From NCBI GenBank assembly GCA_032249235.1, contig JAVVGF010000001.1, positions 80,064 to 144,063 on the forward strand: a stretch of 64,000 bases of DNA. The letters run 5' to 3'. Position numbers and translations under genes: made by a program. The stretch comes from Thermoproteota archaeon (lineage in GTDB: Archaea > Thermoproteota > Thermoprotei > Gearchaeales > Gearchaeaceae). Positions 9,744-18,870 of this stretch are shown here, piece by piece. The number at the start of each line of letters is the position of its first letter. Position 1 is the stretch's first letter. Below the pieces are notes generated by a model. The model saw only the letters and a list, made by a program, of their open reading frames with translations, had not been told where the DNA came from and did no database searches.

Positions 9744-10700
9744 ATGTTCTCTTCTTTTATCCTTATGTTCAATGTACTAATCTGCGATCCTATTTCAATA
9801 AATTGTGTTGAAAAATTGAAAGAAGAAAAATTCAACGTCATCTTCAAGCCTAATATTACAAGGGAATTGTTAATTGAAGAAGTTAAAGATAAAGATGCCT
9901 TAGTTGTTAGAGGAAGAACAAAGGTTGATGCTACCATCATGGATAATGCAACAAAATTGAAAGTTATAGTTAGAGCTGGTGTAGGTTTAGATAATATAGA
10001 TCTTCAATATGCTCAAATGAAGGGCATTGAAGTTTTCAACACACCAGAGGCAGTCACTAACGCTGTTGCCGAATTAACAATTTGCTTTATTATATCATTA
10101 TTACGAAATGTTCATAAAGGAAATTCTTCTCTTAAAAAAGGAGAATGGATTAAAAATCTTCTCATAGGCAGCGAGTTAAAGAGTAAAACTGTAGGGATTC
10201 TAGGTTTTGGTAGAATAGGTATGGAAGTAGCTAAGAAATTAAAAGCTTTTGATTGTAGAATTTTATGTTACAGTAGGACAGATAAAAGTGAAATTGCAAA
10301 GAAGATAGGCGTCGATTTCACTAATGATTTAGACTATTTATTAAGGGAGTCTGATATACTAACCGTTCACTTAACTCTTAATAATGAAACTTATAAGTTC
10401 TTGAATAGAGAGAGATTGGCCAAGATGAAAAAAGGAGCATACTTGATCAACACTTCAAGAGGCGCAATTATTGATGAAGAAGCCTTATTAGAAGTATTAG
10501 AGAATGGGCATTTAGCAGGCGCAGCCTTAGATGTATTCGAATATGAACCTCCTCAAACAGAAATTGAAAAAAGATTATTGAGATTAGAAAATGTTTTAGT
10601 TACCCCACATATAGGTGCTCAAACTAAAGAAGCGATGGAAAAAGAAGGTGAAGAGGTTGCTCGAATATTAATAGATTACTTTAAGAAGATTAAAATATGA
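9744..10700 (+). CDS. D-isomer-specific 2-hydroxyacid dehydrogenase (PGDH/GyaR-like)
   Basis: 'GILGFGRIGMEVAKKL' is the NAD Rossmann motif. 'RGAIIDEEAL' and 'LDVFEYEP' are catalytic-domain motifs. The real start is probably the internal 'MFNVLICDP'. Confidence 0.8.
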   Translation: MFSSFILMFNVLICDPISINCVEKLKEEKFNVIFKPNITRELLIEEVKDKDALVVRGRTKVDATIMDNATKLKVIVRAGVGLDNIDLQYAQMKGIEVFNTPEAVTNAVAELTICFIISLLRNVHKGNSSLKKGEWIKNLLIGSELKSKTVGILGFGRIGMEVAKKLKAFDCRILCYSRTDKSEIAKKIGVDFTNDLDYLLRESDILTVHLTLNNETYKFLNRERLAKMKKGAYLINTSRGAIIDEEALLEVLENGHLAGAALDVFEYEPPQTEIEKRLLRLENVLVTPHIGAQTKEAMEKEGEEVARILIDYFKKIKI

Positions 10701-10721
10701 GAAAATTGAGATGATTAGTTA

Positions 10722-11168
10722 ATGGGTCTAGCAAAATACAGCAAACTGATAAAGAAGGTCTATGAAAATGAATTTAAGTTGAGATTAGCTGAATGGAGGA
10801 AACAACCTACTGTAGTTAAACTCGAGCATCCTACTATAATTTGGAAAGCAAGGATGTTGGGATATAAAGCAAAGCAAGGGATTATAGTAGTAAGGGTGCG
10901 TGTAAGGAAAGGAAAATTTTCAAGACAAAGACCTAAAACTGGAAGGAGACCTAAAAGGATGGGGACGACGAGATTAACTATAAAGAAAAGTCTAAGATTG
11001 ATTGCAGAAGAAAAAGCTCAAAGAAAGTTTCCTAATATGGAAGTATTGAACTCTTATTATGTAGCTGAAGATGGAATGTATAAATGGTATGAAGTTATTT
11101 TAGTCGATCCATATAGCACGAGTATAAAAAAGGATAAGAGTTTGAATTGGATATATAGAGGAGAATAA
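10722..11168 (+). CDS. rpl15e: 50S ribosomal protein L15e, N-terminal ~3/4 only (split gene)
   Basis: 'GYKAKQGIIVVRVRVRKGKFSRQRPK' and 'VLNSYYVAEDGMYKWYEVILVDP' are eL15 signatures. The ORF stops at 'NWIYRGE*', about 40 residues short of a normal eL15. Confidence 0.8.
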   Translation: MGLAKYSKLIKKVYENEFKLRLAEWRKQPTVVKLEHPTIIWKARMLGYKAKQGIIVVRVRVRKGKFSRQRPKTGRRPKRMGTTRLTIKKSLRLIAEEKAQRKFPNMEVLNSYYVAEDGMYKWYEVILVDPYSTSIKKDKSLNWIYRGE

Positions 11169-11593
11169 TGGCGCAAGTACCTGAAATAGATGCAGAAAAG
11201 CTTGAGTTTGAGGAATTAAGGAAGAAGCTTGTAGCATATGTAAAAACTAAAGAAGGTAAGAAAAGGAAAGCTAGAGGTTTTAGCAGAGATGAATTAAAAG
11301 CTGTTAATCTAACTCCTAAGCAGGCATTGAAGCTTGGAATACCAGTAGATATAAGAAGAAAAACTTCTTATGAAGAAAACATTAGCATTTTGAAAAGCAT
11401 TGATTTAAAAAGGCTTGAGCAGCTTGCTAAGAAATATTTGAAGAAGAAAAAGAAGAAAGTAAAAGGTAAGCATAGAAAGAGAGTATTTAGAGGCTTGACT
11501 TCTGCTGGTAAGAAAATGCGAGGTCTTAGAAAAGATAAACTAATCAATACACACAAGTATAAGTGGAAGAAAAAGAGAAAATGGGAAAAGTAG
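11168..11593 (+). CDS. ribosomal protein L13e module fused to the C-terminal tail of L15e
   Basis: The ORF starts in a TAATG overlap with the preceding ORF. Residues ~30-75, 'RGFSRDELKAVNLTPKQALKLGIPVDIRRKT', match the eL13 core. The last ~35 aa, 'GKHRKRVFRGLTSAGKKMRGL', are the eL15 C-terminal signature. Confidence 0.65.
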   Translation: MAQVPEIDAEKLEFEELRKKLVAYVKTKEGKKRKARGFSRDELKAVNLTPKQALKLGIPVDIRRKTSYEENISILKSIDLKRLEQLAKKYLKKKKKKVKGKHRKRVFRGLTSAGKKMRGLRKDKLINTHKYKWKKKRKWEK

Positions 11594-11790
11594 CTAAGGG
11601 AATTAAATGTAGCGTTATAGGTTGTAATAAGGAAGCTGAGAAATCTCTTTCTTCACAAAGAGCTTCATTAGCTACTTCTTTGAAGTTTGCTTTGAATTCA
11701 AGGCAAGTATACTTATGTAAAGAGCATTATAAAATCTGGAAGAAAGAAACGAAAGAAATTAGGGAAATTGAAAGAGCTGGATGGGAATAG
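11581..11790 (+). CDS. small zinc-binding protein, unknown function
   Basis: The 69-aa ORF from the ATG at 11581 has 'CSVIGC...LCKEHY', a possible C4-C...C2-H ligand set. It lies between the ribosomal genes and trm11. Confidence 0.3.
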   Translation: MGKVAKGIKCSVIGCNKEAEKSLSSQRASLATSLKFALNSRQVYLCKEHYKIWKKETKEIREIERAGWE

Positions 11791-12811
11791 CTTAGAAGAA
11801 CTTTGTATTGTTTTAATCGGAGACTATCCAAGCTTAGCTGAAAAGGAAGTACTTTATTCTTTAGATTCAGCTGGTTTTTATTATGAATATATTGAAACTA
11901 GAGGATTATTGCTCATTTTGAAAACATATGAATTCGTGGTACCTTATCTTGTTTGGAGATGTGCGAAAATAAGACATGTATCGAAATTAATATTTAAAGG
12001 AAAAATTGAAGAAATCAAAAATCTTGAAAAAATTAATCTAAATATCAAAGGTAGCTTGGCAGTAAGGATACATTCTTACGATAGAGAATATAAGCAAATA
12101 GTGAGAGATTTGGAAAGAAAAATAGGTTCTTATTTCTATTATAAAGGCTATAAAATAGATTTAACTAATCCTTCTAACTTAATCACTGGCTATATTAAGG
12201 ATGGATTAATTTATTTAGGAATACATTTAGCAAGCACTAATCGAAAGCTTTTATTTTCAAGAAGACCAAGCAAGAAGCCCGCCTTTCATCCTTCATCTAT
12301 GATGCCTGAAAATGCTAGGTTAATGGTAAATTTAGCTAAAGCTCCTTTGAATGAATTATTTGTTGATCCTTTTTGTGGAGTAGGAGGCATCTTGATAGAA
12401 GCAGCTTTCATTTCTCAACATTGTATAGGAATAGATATAGATAAGAAAATGTTAAAGGGTTGTAAGATTAACGTTAACTATTACGGATTGTATAATGTTG
12501 ACTTAATTCAAGCTGATGCTCTTAAAATACCTTTAAGAAGAATTAATAGCATTGCATGTGATACACCATATGGAATTGCTTCTTCTTTGAAGAAGCGTGA
12601 ACATGAAAAGCTTGTATATGATTTCTTAAGAAACTTGAAAGAATATGGTAAGTTAAGAATATGCATTGCAACAACTCTAGAAAATCTAGAACCTGAAGGA
12701 TTTAAAATAATTTTGAAATATCCTCAAAAAGTTAGAGAATCATTAATAAGATGGCTTTACGTTTTAGAGCTATATGATAGAGATCGTTTTCTTGGGTACA
12801 TCGGGGAGTAA
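11768..12811 (+). CDS. trm11: tRNA (guanine10-N2)-methyltransferase Trm11/TrmG10 (THUMP + class I MTase)
   Basis: 'DPFCGVGGILIEA' is the SAM motif I of Trm11, 'DTPYG' is motif IV, and a THUMP-like domain sits at the N-terminus. Confidence 0.75.
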   Translation: MKELDGNSLEELCIVLIGDYPSLAEKEVLYSLDSAGFYYEYIETRGLLLILKTYEFVVPYLVWRCAKIRHVSKLIFKGKIEEIKNLEKINLNIKGSLAVRIHSYDREYKQIVRDLERKIGSYFYYKGYKIDLTNPSNLITGYIKDGLIYLGIHLASTNRKLLFSRRPSKKPAFHPSSMMPENARLMVNLAKAPLNELFVDPFCGVGGILIEAAFISQHCIGIDIDKKMLKGCKINVNYYGLYNVDLIQADALKIPLRRINSIACDTPYGIASSLKKREHEKLVYDFLRNLKEYGKLRICIATTLENLEPEGFKIILKYPQKVRESLIRWLYVLELYDRDRFLGYIGE

Positions 12812-13676
12812 ACCAACAAAACATAGAGGGCTACCTTCAATTGCTTTGATATTCGATGGTGATATTTACTTATTAGATTGTGGTGAAGGCACGCAAAGAC
12901 AAATTTTAAATTCAGGTCTTAATTCTAACAAAATAAAATGCGTTTTTATTTCCCATTTGCATGGTGATCATTGGTTTGGTCTTCCAGGTTTAATTTGGAG
13001 TACTGGTTTAGACATGAGAAAGGAAGATTTAGTAGTATATGCTCCAAAAAGGTTTTCAGAAATTTTTTCAACTTTAGATGAATTTTTGCATCCTTATAGA
13101 CTTTATAAAGTAATCATAAAAGAAATTGAAGAAGGATTGATATATGAAGATAAGAAGATTGAAGTTTATGCAATGAAAGCAAAACATAGCGTTGAAAGTT
13201 ATTCTTTCAAAATAAAGGAAAAGGACAGACCTCCTAAAGTATTAAAAGATAAGCTAAAAGAGCTAAACATTCCTGAAGGGCCTCATTTAAGAAAACTGAA
13301 AGCAGGATATCCAGTAAAGTTGCCGGATGGAAGAATGATATATCCTGAGCAAGTTTTAGGAGAACCGAAAAAAGGAAAGATCATTGTTTATAGTGGTGAT
13401 ACTGCACCAAATGAATCATTGATTGAATTTGCTAAAGATGCTGATGTATTAATTCATGAAGCCACTTTCAGCGATGAAGAAGAAGCGATGGCTAGAGAAT
13501 CGAAGCACTCAACAAGTAGAGATGCTGCGAGAATTGCTAAGAAAGCAAATGTAAAATTATTGATCTTAACACATGTAAGCGCTAGATATAAAAGTCCTGA
13601 TTTATTATTAGCTCAGGCTAAAGAAGAATTTGAAAATGTAATTATTGCTCAAGATTTCTCTCGCTTTCAGATTTAG
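12774..13676 (+). CDS. rnz: ribonuclease Z (tRNA 3' endonuclease, metallo-beta-lactamase)
   Basis: 'IVFLGTSGSKP', 'LLDCGEGTQ' and 'HLHGDHWFGLPGL' (HxHxDH) are the RNase Z motifs, and the 300-aa length fits. Confidence 0.85.
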   Translation: MIEIVFLGTSGSKPTKHRGLPSIALIFDGDIYLLDCGEGTQRQILNSGLNSNKIKCVFISHLHGDHWFGLPGLIWSTGLDMRKEDLVVYAPKRFSEIFSTLDEFLHPYRLYKVIIKEIEEGLIYEDKKIEVYAMKAKHSVESYSFKIKEKDRPPKVLKDKLKELNIPEGPHLRKLKAGYPVKLPDGRMIYPEQVLGEPKKGKIIVYSGDTAPNESLIEFAKDADVLIHEATFSDEEEAMARESKHSTSRDAARIAKKANVKLLILTHVSARYKSPDLLLAQAKEEFENVIIAQDFSRFQI

Positions 13677-14082
13677 CAGTTTTATATGCTTTTGGTAACG
13701 GTGCAATCATATCGATGATTTTCATTGGATCATCTGAAATGATTTTTATTTCTATCGCACCAAGTGGAGCTTCACCTGCAATTGTTACGAAAGAAATTCT
13801 ATTCATGTATGCAGCTTGCTTATTTAATTTAAAGCTTAAGGAATTATTTTCTATGCTTCTCTCAAGAATACTTCTTGCAGTTAGTTCTATCCTTTGTTTC
13901 TTTATCAAATTTGCAATTTTATTCAAAGACTTGAGAGAATAAGACTTCGCAACATAATATTTTGAACCTAATTCTTCTATCAATTCTATTTTTTCGAAAT
14001 CGAAAACATTTTCTAACGCAATCCTAACTTTTCCTTCATCTTCTGTAGGCTTTATTTCTACTTTAGCTATTATTTCAAGCAT
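13642..14082 (-). CDS. UPF0201-like small protein (putative RNA-binding), partner of UPF0200 kinase
   Basis: The 146-aa ORF is immediately downstream of, and overlapping, the P-loop kinase gene on the same strand. The call is by context and size, which is weak. Confidence 0.35.
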   Translation of the reverse strand: MLEIIAKVEIKPTEDEGKVRIALENVFDFEKIELIEELGSKYYVAKSYSLKSLNKIANLIKKQRIELTARSILERSIENNSLSFKLNKQAAYMNRISFVTIAGEAPLGAIEIKIISDDPMKIIDMIAPLPKAYKTAKSESERNLEQ

Positions 14083-14587
14083 TTAATATCTTCTTCAAAA
14101 TATCTAAAAATTGCTTTCTTAAATCTTCTTCTGTTCCTTCATTAACGATCATGTAATCAGCTATAGCTATAACATTTCCTATACCTAAAGAAAGTTCTCT
14201 TTCGTCTCTCTTTTTAAATTCTTCAAAATTATCAGGATCATCATTCCTTTTCCTATTTAATGCTCTTTTGAATCTAGTTAAAGGGCTTGCATGTATTGCA
14301 ATGAGATAAACTTCTCCAATGGTTTTGAAATATTCTACTTCTTCAATATTCCTTATTCCTTCAACTATGACATCTTTATTTAGCTTTTTTATCTCTTCTC
14401 CACAAATTCTTGCTATTGCATCTCTTCCATGTTTTTCTCTTATTTCAAATATTAGCCTTGCTGTATCATGACCTAACTCCCTAACCTTATCTCCCATGCT
14501 AATGACATGTATTCCTAGCTCTTTTGCAAAGCTTGAAGCTAATGTTTTACCTGCCAAAGGCATTCCAGTAATGCAAATTATTTTCAT
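14075..14587 (-). CDS. P-loop kinase, UPF0200/dephospho-CoA-kinase-like (adenylate-kinase fold)
   Basis: 'KIICITGMPLAGKT' is a Walker A motif and the 170-aa length fits. The protein has an NMP-kinase-like organisation. Confidence 0.55.
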   Translation of the reverse strand: MKIICITGMPLAGKTLASSFAKELGIHVISMGDKVRELGHDTARLIFEIREKHGRDAIARICGEEIKKLNKDVIVEGIRNIEEVEYFKTIGEVYLIAIHASPLTRFKRALNRKRNDDPDNFEEFKKRDERELSLGIGNVIAIADYMIVNEGTEEDLRKQFLDILKKILNA

Positions 14588-14630
14588 CTTATTCGGTTAA
14601 ATTTTAATTATACATATTTAAAAATAGATA

Positions 14631-15176
14631 ATGCGCTGTTTCATAGCTATTGATATATCAAATCCTAATACACTTGAGAATTTAGCTAGGATGGCTAATT
14701 TATTCAATCTAGCTGGTGTTAAACCTGTTGAGAAAGAGAATTTGCATATAACGCTTAAATTCTTGGGAGAAATATCAGAAAAGATTGTTCAAGAATTGAT
14801 ATCCAAGCTTGATGAAGTCAAATATAAGCAATTCGAAGTTAGAGTAGCAGGCATAGGAGCTTTTCCGAATATGAGAAGACCAAGAGTTATTTGGGCTGGA
14901 ATAAAGGAAGGACATCAGGAACTAATACAGCTTGAATCTTTAATTGAACATGCATTACAAGATTTAAAACTAAGAATAGAAGATGAAAGGTTTCATCCGC
15001 ATGTAACCTTAGCGAGAATAAAAGATAATCGAAGCATAATGCAAGTTTTAGAAATAATTAATTCTAATTTAGATCAAGAATTCGGGAAATTCGAAGTTAA
15101 AGATTTCGCATTGAAACAAAGTACTTTAACTTCAAGAGGTCCTATTTATAGCGATATTAAAAGGTTCAATCTATGA
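14631..15176 (+). CDS. ligT: RNA 2',3'-cyclic phosphodiesterase (LigT/ThpR, 2H family)
   Basis: Two H-x-T/S-x motifs, 'HITLKF' and 'HVTLAR', are present in a 181-aa protein. Confidence 0.8.
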   Translation: MRCFIAIDISNPNTLENLARMANLFNLAGVKPVEKENLHITLKFLGEISEKIVQELISKLDEVKYKQFEVRVAGIGAFPNMRRPRVIWAGIKEGHQELIQLESLIEHALQDLKLRIEDERFHPHVTLARIKDNRSIMQVLEIINSNLDQEFGKFEVKDFALKQSTLTSRGPIYSDIKRFNL

Positions 15177-16528
15177 GTATTGAAGAAATAATAGAGAAAG
15201 CAAAGGAAAAAACTAGCATAAGTCATGAAGAAAGAGAAAGATTGAATGAAGTAGTAAAAGAAGTAATTGAAAAGCTTGAAGAAAAAAAGAAAGAATTGAA
15301 CTTAGATCTAATAATAGAAGTCCACGGTTCTTTTGCACATGATACATGGCTTAGCGGAGATAAAGATGTAGATATATTCGTTTTGAAGAGGAGCGAGGAA
15401 GTTATTGAAGAGGCGATGAAACTTGCAAAATCGACTTTTAAAGATTATGTTGAAAAATATGCTGAACATCCTTATGTTACAGTGTTTTATAAAGGATATA
15501 ACTTCGATATCGTTCCTGCTTACTTATTAGAAAAAGGAGAAAAAATAAAAACTGCTACAGATAGAAGCAGATTGCATACTTTATATTTGAAAGAGGTCTT
15601 GAATGATGAACTTAGAAAGGAAATTAGATTGCTTAAATTATTCCTTAAGACGCTCGATCTTTATGGTGCAGAAATAAAAACAGGAGGAATGTCAGGTTAT
15701 CTTTGTGAATTATTAATTGTTCATTATCGTAGTTTTCTTAATTTAATAAGATCTGCTATAAATTGGAAGCCATACAAAACTATCATAGGAGAATGGAAAG
15801 GGCCGCCTGAGCCTTTAGTCGTTGTTGATCCTGTGGATTCTACAAGAAATGTTGCATCTTCTTTCAAAAGAGTTGAGGATTTCAAATATGCATGTATTTT
15901 ATTCTTAGAAAATCCTTCTTTAAGATTCTTCGAAGGTAGGAAATATAGCTCTCAAATTGAATTAGCTTTAGATATTTTTGAAAAAAGAGGAACCGAAGTT
16001 TTAGTTATTGAAATTGAATATCCAAAAATTCCTCCAGATCAATTTTGGGGTGAAATTAAAAGAGCAGAGCGAAGTTTAAACAATTTCTTACAAGTATATG
16101 ATTTTGAGATTTTAGATTCTTTAACTTATTCTGATGAAGAAAAAGTTGCTGCAATAATTTTGGAATTGCGATCTAAAGAATTGAAAGAATTGAGAACTTT
16201 AGTAGGACCTCCGCTTAGCGAGTTGAAGAATGTGAAATCTTTCATAAAAAAACATTCACTTGAACCGATCTTTTTAAGAAATGGAAGACTTCATGTTTTG
16301 ACAAAAAGAAAGATAAGCTCTTTCAATGAAGCTTTCAACAAATGGATAGTTACTCAATCATTACCTAAGGACTTAATTTATCCTTTGAAAAATGCTAAAA
16401 TATATTCAGCTCAAGAAGCTAATGATAAGGGAATAAAAAGGAGAATATTCGATTTGGCATTCAAGGATTTTTGGTGGGTAAGAGAAGATCTGATAAAGCA
16501 TTACAATATAGTTTTTGATGAGATTTGA
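15173..16528 (+). CDS. cca: CCA-adding tRNA nucleotidyltransferase (archaeal class I)
   Basis: 'HGSFAHDTWLSGDKDVDIFV' is the pol-beta NTase motif with its DxD. The 451-aa length fits, and the ligT-cca pairing is typical. Confidence 0.85.
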   Translation: MSIEEIIEKAKEKTSISHEERERLNEVVKEVIEKLEEKKKELNLDLIIEVHGSFAHDTWLSGDKDVDIFVLKRSEEVIEEAMKLAKSTFKDYVEKYAEHPYVTVFYKGYNFDIVPAYLLEKGEKIKTATDRSRLHTLYLKEVLNDELRKEIRLLKLFLKTLDLYGAEIKTGGMSGYLCELLIVHYRSFLNLIRSAINWKPYKTIIGEWKGPPEPLVVVDPVDSTRNVASSFKRVEDFKYACILFLENPSLRFFEGRKYSSQIELALDIFEKRGTEVLVIEIEYPKIPPDQFWGEIKRAERSLNNFLQVYDFEILDSLTYSDEEKVAAIILELRSKELKELRTLVGPPLSELKNVKSFIKKHSLEPIFLRNGRLHVLTKRKISSFNEAFNKWIVTQSLPKDLIYPLKNAKIYSAQEANDKGIKRRIFDLAFKDFWWVREDLIKHYNIVFDEI

Positions 16529-17228
16529 AGAACTCATTTGCTATCCAAAATTCTCTAAAGAAGAATTCGAGAAAAGATATGCCGAGCTGAAATCTTTAGG
16601 AATTGAAGAATTAGTTGAAGGAGGGAGAACAATCATTTCAGGCTATAAAATTTTGGGTAAAGGAACTACAAGCTTAGTCATTAAAGCAATTTATAAAGGA
16701 AAAAATGTAGCCTTGAAAATAAGGAGAACTGATTCGAATAGAGAATCGATGTATGAAGAAGCAAAAATTCTTGAAATGCTAAAGAATAAAAATATTGCTC
16801 CTGAACTATTTGCCTATTCAAAAAACTTCATAGTTATGGAATACCTTGAAGGTAGGAATATCGACGAATTCATTATGAATGCAAATAGTATAGAATTAAT
16901 TAAGGCAATTAAAAAACTAATTGAGCATTGCATAATACTAGATAAGCTAGGAATAGATCATGGAGACTTGAGCATTGCATCTGATCATGTAATAGTTTAT
17001 GATGATGAAGTAAGAATTATCGATTTCGAATCTGCAAGCTTGAATAGAAAGCCGCAAAATTTAACAAGCATAATTTCTTACTTATTTTTATCAAAGAAAC
17101 CTTTTTCAAATAAACTACTTGAAGCCTTTAACTTAAGTAGAATTGAAGTATTAGAGTTTGCAAGAGAATATAAAAAAGGAAATATTGAACCTATAATGTT
17201 TCTAATCAGAAAACTAGAAAACTATTAG
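16515..17228 (+). CDS. small atypical Ser/Thr protein kinase (RIO/Bud32-like fold)
   Basis: 'ALKIRR' is the VAIK-like lysine, 'DHGDLSIASDHVIV' is the catalytic loop and 'IIDFESA' is the DFG-equivalent motif. Confidence 0.5.
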   Translation: MMRFEELICYPKFSKEEFEKRYAELKSLGIEELVEGGRTIISGYKILGKGTTSLVIKAIYKGKNVALKIRRTDSNRESMYEEAKILEMLKNKNIAPELFAYSKNFIVMEYLEGRNIDEFIMNANSIELIKAIKKLIEHCIILDKLGIDHGDLSIASDHVIVYDDEVRIIDFESASLNRKPQNLTSIISYLFLSKKPFSNKLLEAFNLSRIEVLEFAREYKKGNIEPIMFLIRKLENY

Positions 17229-17246
17229 GATAATTTATTAAGAAAT

Positions 17247-18026
17247 TTAGCGAAATTTTTGCATGTTTCTTTTCTCTATTCTTCTTCCAAAATAAATAGT
17301 TCCTTCATACAAAGCATATATTGGAATCAACAAAGGTATTACGCTAAGAAAAGTTGGATCTGGGCTTATTAAACCTGCAATGAATGCTATTATCAAGTAT
17401 AGCAGAATTCTATTCTTAGATAAAGTTCTTGTGCTCAGGATTCCGACTTCAATTAAAGGTAAAACAAAGGTTGGTAAAGCGAATAACAATCCTCCCAAAA
17501 TCACCATTAAAACTACGATATTTATGAAATCATTTAGATTGATGAATAACGCAATATTTAAAGGATAATATAGAAAGATTAGAGCTCTGAAAGTAAGAGG
17601 TAATACAATTATGATAGTATAGATCATGCCAGCAATATATAACAAAGAGAATGGCATGAGGTATTTTTTAATTACAGCCTTTTCTCTTCTGTATAAAGCA
17701 GGAGAAATGAAAGCATATATTTCTCTAAACGCAACAGGTATTGTTATTGCTAGAGATAAATACAAAGCCATTTGTAATATAGCGAAAAGAGGAGCAGTAA
17801 CAGATGTTACAATAAGCATCGATTCAGGAGGTAGATACGCTTCTTCCATTTTTCTAATTATCCAAAAAATCAAGGTATCATAGAACAAAATGCTCGAGCC
17901 CTTTATTCCAAAAGGATTAGGACTAGGAATTGCTAAGAATGCAATTAATGAAGCTATGAATATTACAATTATCCTTTTTATTCTTTTAGCAAGTTCATCG
18001 ATATACTTCCAGATTTCTGGTTCCAT
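17247..18026 (-). CDS. tatC: twin-arginine translocase subunit TatC
   Basis: The 259-aa protein has six predicted TM helices, and TatA is encoded divergently nearby. Confidence 0.75.
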   Translation of the reverse strand: MEPEIWKYIDELAKRIKRIIVIFIASLIAFLAIPSPNPFGIKGSSILFYDTLIFWIIRKMEEAYLPPESMLIVTSVTAPLFAILQMALYLSLAITIPVAFREIYAFISPALYRREKAVIKKYLMPFSLLYIAGMIYTIIIVLPLTFRALIFLYYPLNIALFINLNDFINIVVLMVILGGLLFALPTFVLPLIEVGILSTRTLSKNRILLYLIIAFIAGLISPDPTFLSVIPLLIPIYALYEGTIYFGRRIEKRNMQKFR

Positions 18027-18064
18027 TACGAATATACATATATTACCTTATTCATTATTATGTT

Positions 18065-18394
18065 ATGGATTTGATATATAATGCTTGGGGGCCAACTGAA
18101 TGGATATTGTTAATTTTCATACTATTAATACTATTTGGTTCAAGGAAAATTCCTGAAGTTGCTAGAAGCTTAGGAGAAGCTGTTAGAGAATTCAGAAAGG
18201 CGATGAGCGAAACAGAACAAGCTACTAAGCAGATGGTTCAACAGGAATATAAAGAAAGAGTTGTAAGCGAAAGAAGTGATGATCCTTTAATTGATTTAGC
18301 TAAAAGAAAAGGTATAAATGTTGAAGGTAAAAGCAGAGTTCAAATTGTCGAAGAATTAGCTAAGAAAATAAGAGAAGAGGAATCTACTTCTTAG
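18065..18394 (+). CDS. tatA: twin-arginine translocase subunit TatA/E
   Basis: 'WGPTEWILLIFILLILFGSRKIPEVARSLGEAVREFRKA' is the TatA TM helix plus amphipathic-helix signature. Confidence 0.8.
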   Translation: MDLIYNAWGPTEWILLIFILLILFGSRKIPEVARSLGEAVREFRKAMSETEQATKQMVQQEYKERVVSERSDDPLIDLAKRKGINVEGKSRVQIVEELAKKIREEESTS

Positions 18395-18803
18395 TTTTGT
18401 TCAAAATCTCAACGATTAATTTTTCAAGTGCTGTAACACGCTCTTTAATTTCATTTATACTCTTCTCATTATTTGCATTCTTTGAATTCAGTTCTTTAAT
18501 GAGTTCGTAAGTAACTAAAATTTCGTTATTCATTTTCTTTAAATTATTGATCAGCTCGTCTGTATATTCTTTGACATTTCTTCTTAGCGAATCTTCAATG
18601 TTCCAAAATATGAAATAAGAAGTCGCAACAATTGAAATGATGATTGCAAGGAATACATGAACTCCTCCAAGCTTTTGCGATATATCTGAAAGTGAATATT
18701 GAGGTAGCGAAAGGATATAAGATAGTATTATAATCGTTATGAAGAAAGCAAATATAGCTACTAAGCCTGTCAATATTGACCTAATTATCGTTGAAGTGCT
18801 CAT
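18384..18803 (-). CDS. membrane protein with C-terminal coiled coil, unknown function
   Basis: The 139-aa ORF has two TM helices followed by a K/E/N-rich heptad-like tail. Confidence 0.4.
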   Translation of the reverse strand: MSTSTIIRSILTGLVAIFAFFITIIILSYILSLPQYSLSDISQKLGGVHVFLAIIISIVATSYFIFWNIEDSLRRNVKEYTDELINNLKKMNNEILVTYELIKELNSKNANNEKSINEIKERVTALEKLIVEILNKTKK

Positions 18804-18870
18804 GTAATTGCAATATCATATACGAATATAAATTTCACAGTAATATAATGAAAATTCATTAATAACACAT

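Noticed and set aside
9660-9744. Possible C/D-box sRNA ('aaatgatatt...atgaatgag')
   Set aside because: A UGAUGA-like box is present, but no matching CUGA D or D' boxes at the right spacing. This is most likely just the AT-rich promoter region of the dehydrogenase gene.
11368-11556. 62-aa minus-strand ORF with poly-Phe run
   Set aside because: It is the antisense of the lysine-rich (aag/aaa) tail of the eL13-eL15 fusion ORF and is a low-complexity artefact.
13715-13942. 75-aa plus-strand ORF
   Set aside because: It is antisense within the UPF0201-like gene on the minus strand.
17380-18081. Three short plus-strand ORFs (62, 85 and 63 aa)
   Set aside because: All lie antisense inside the well-supported tatC gene. 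Their hydrophobic translations are the mirror of its TM helices.
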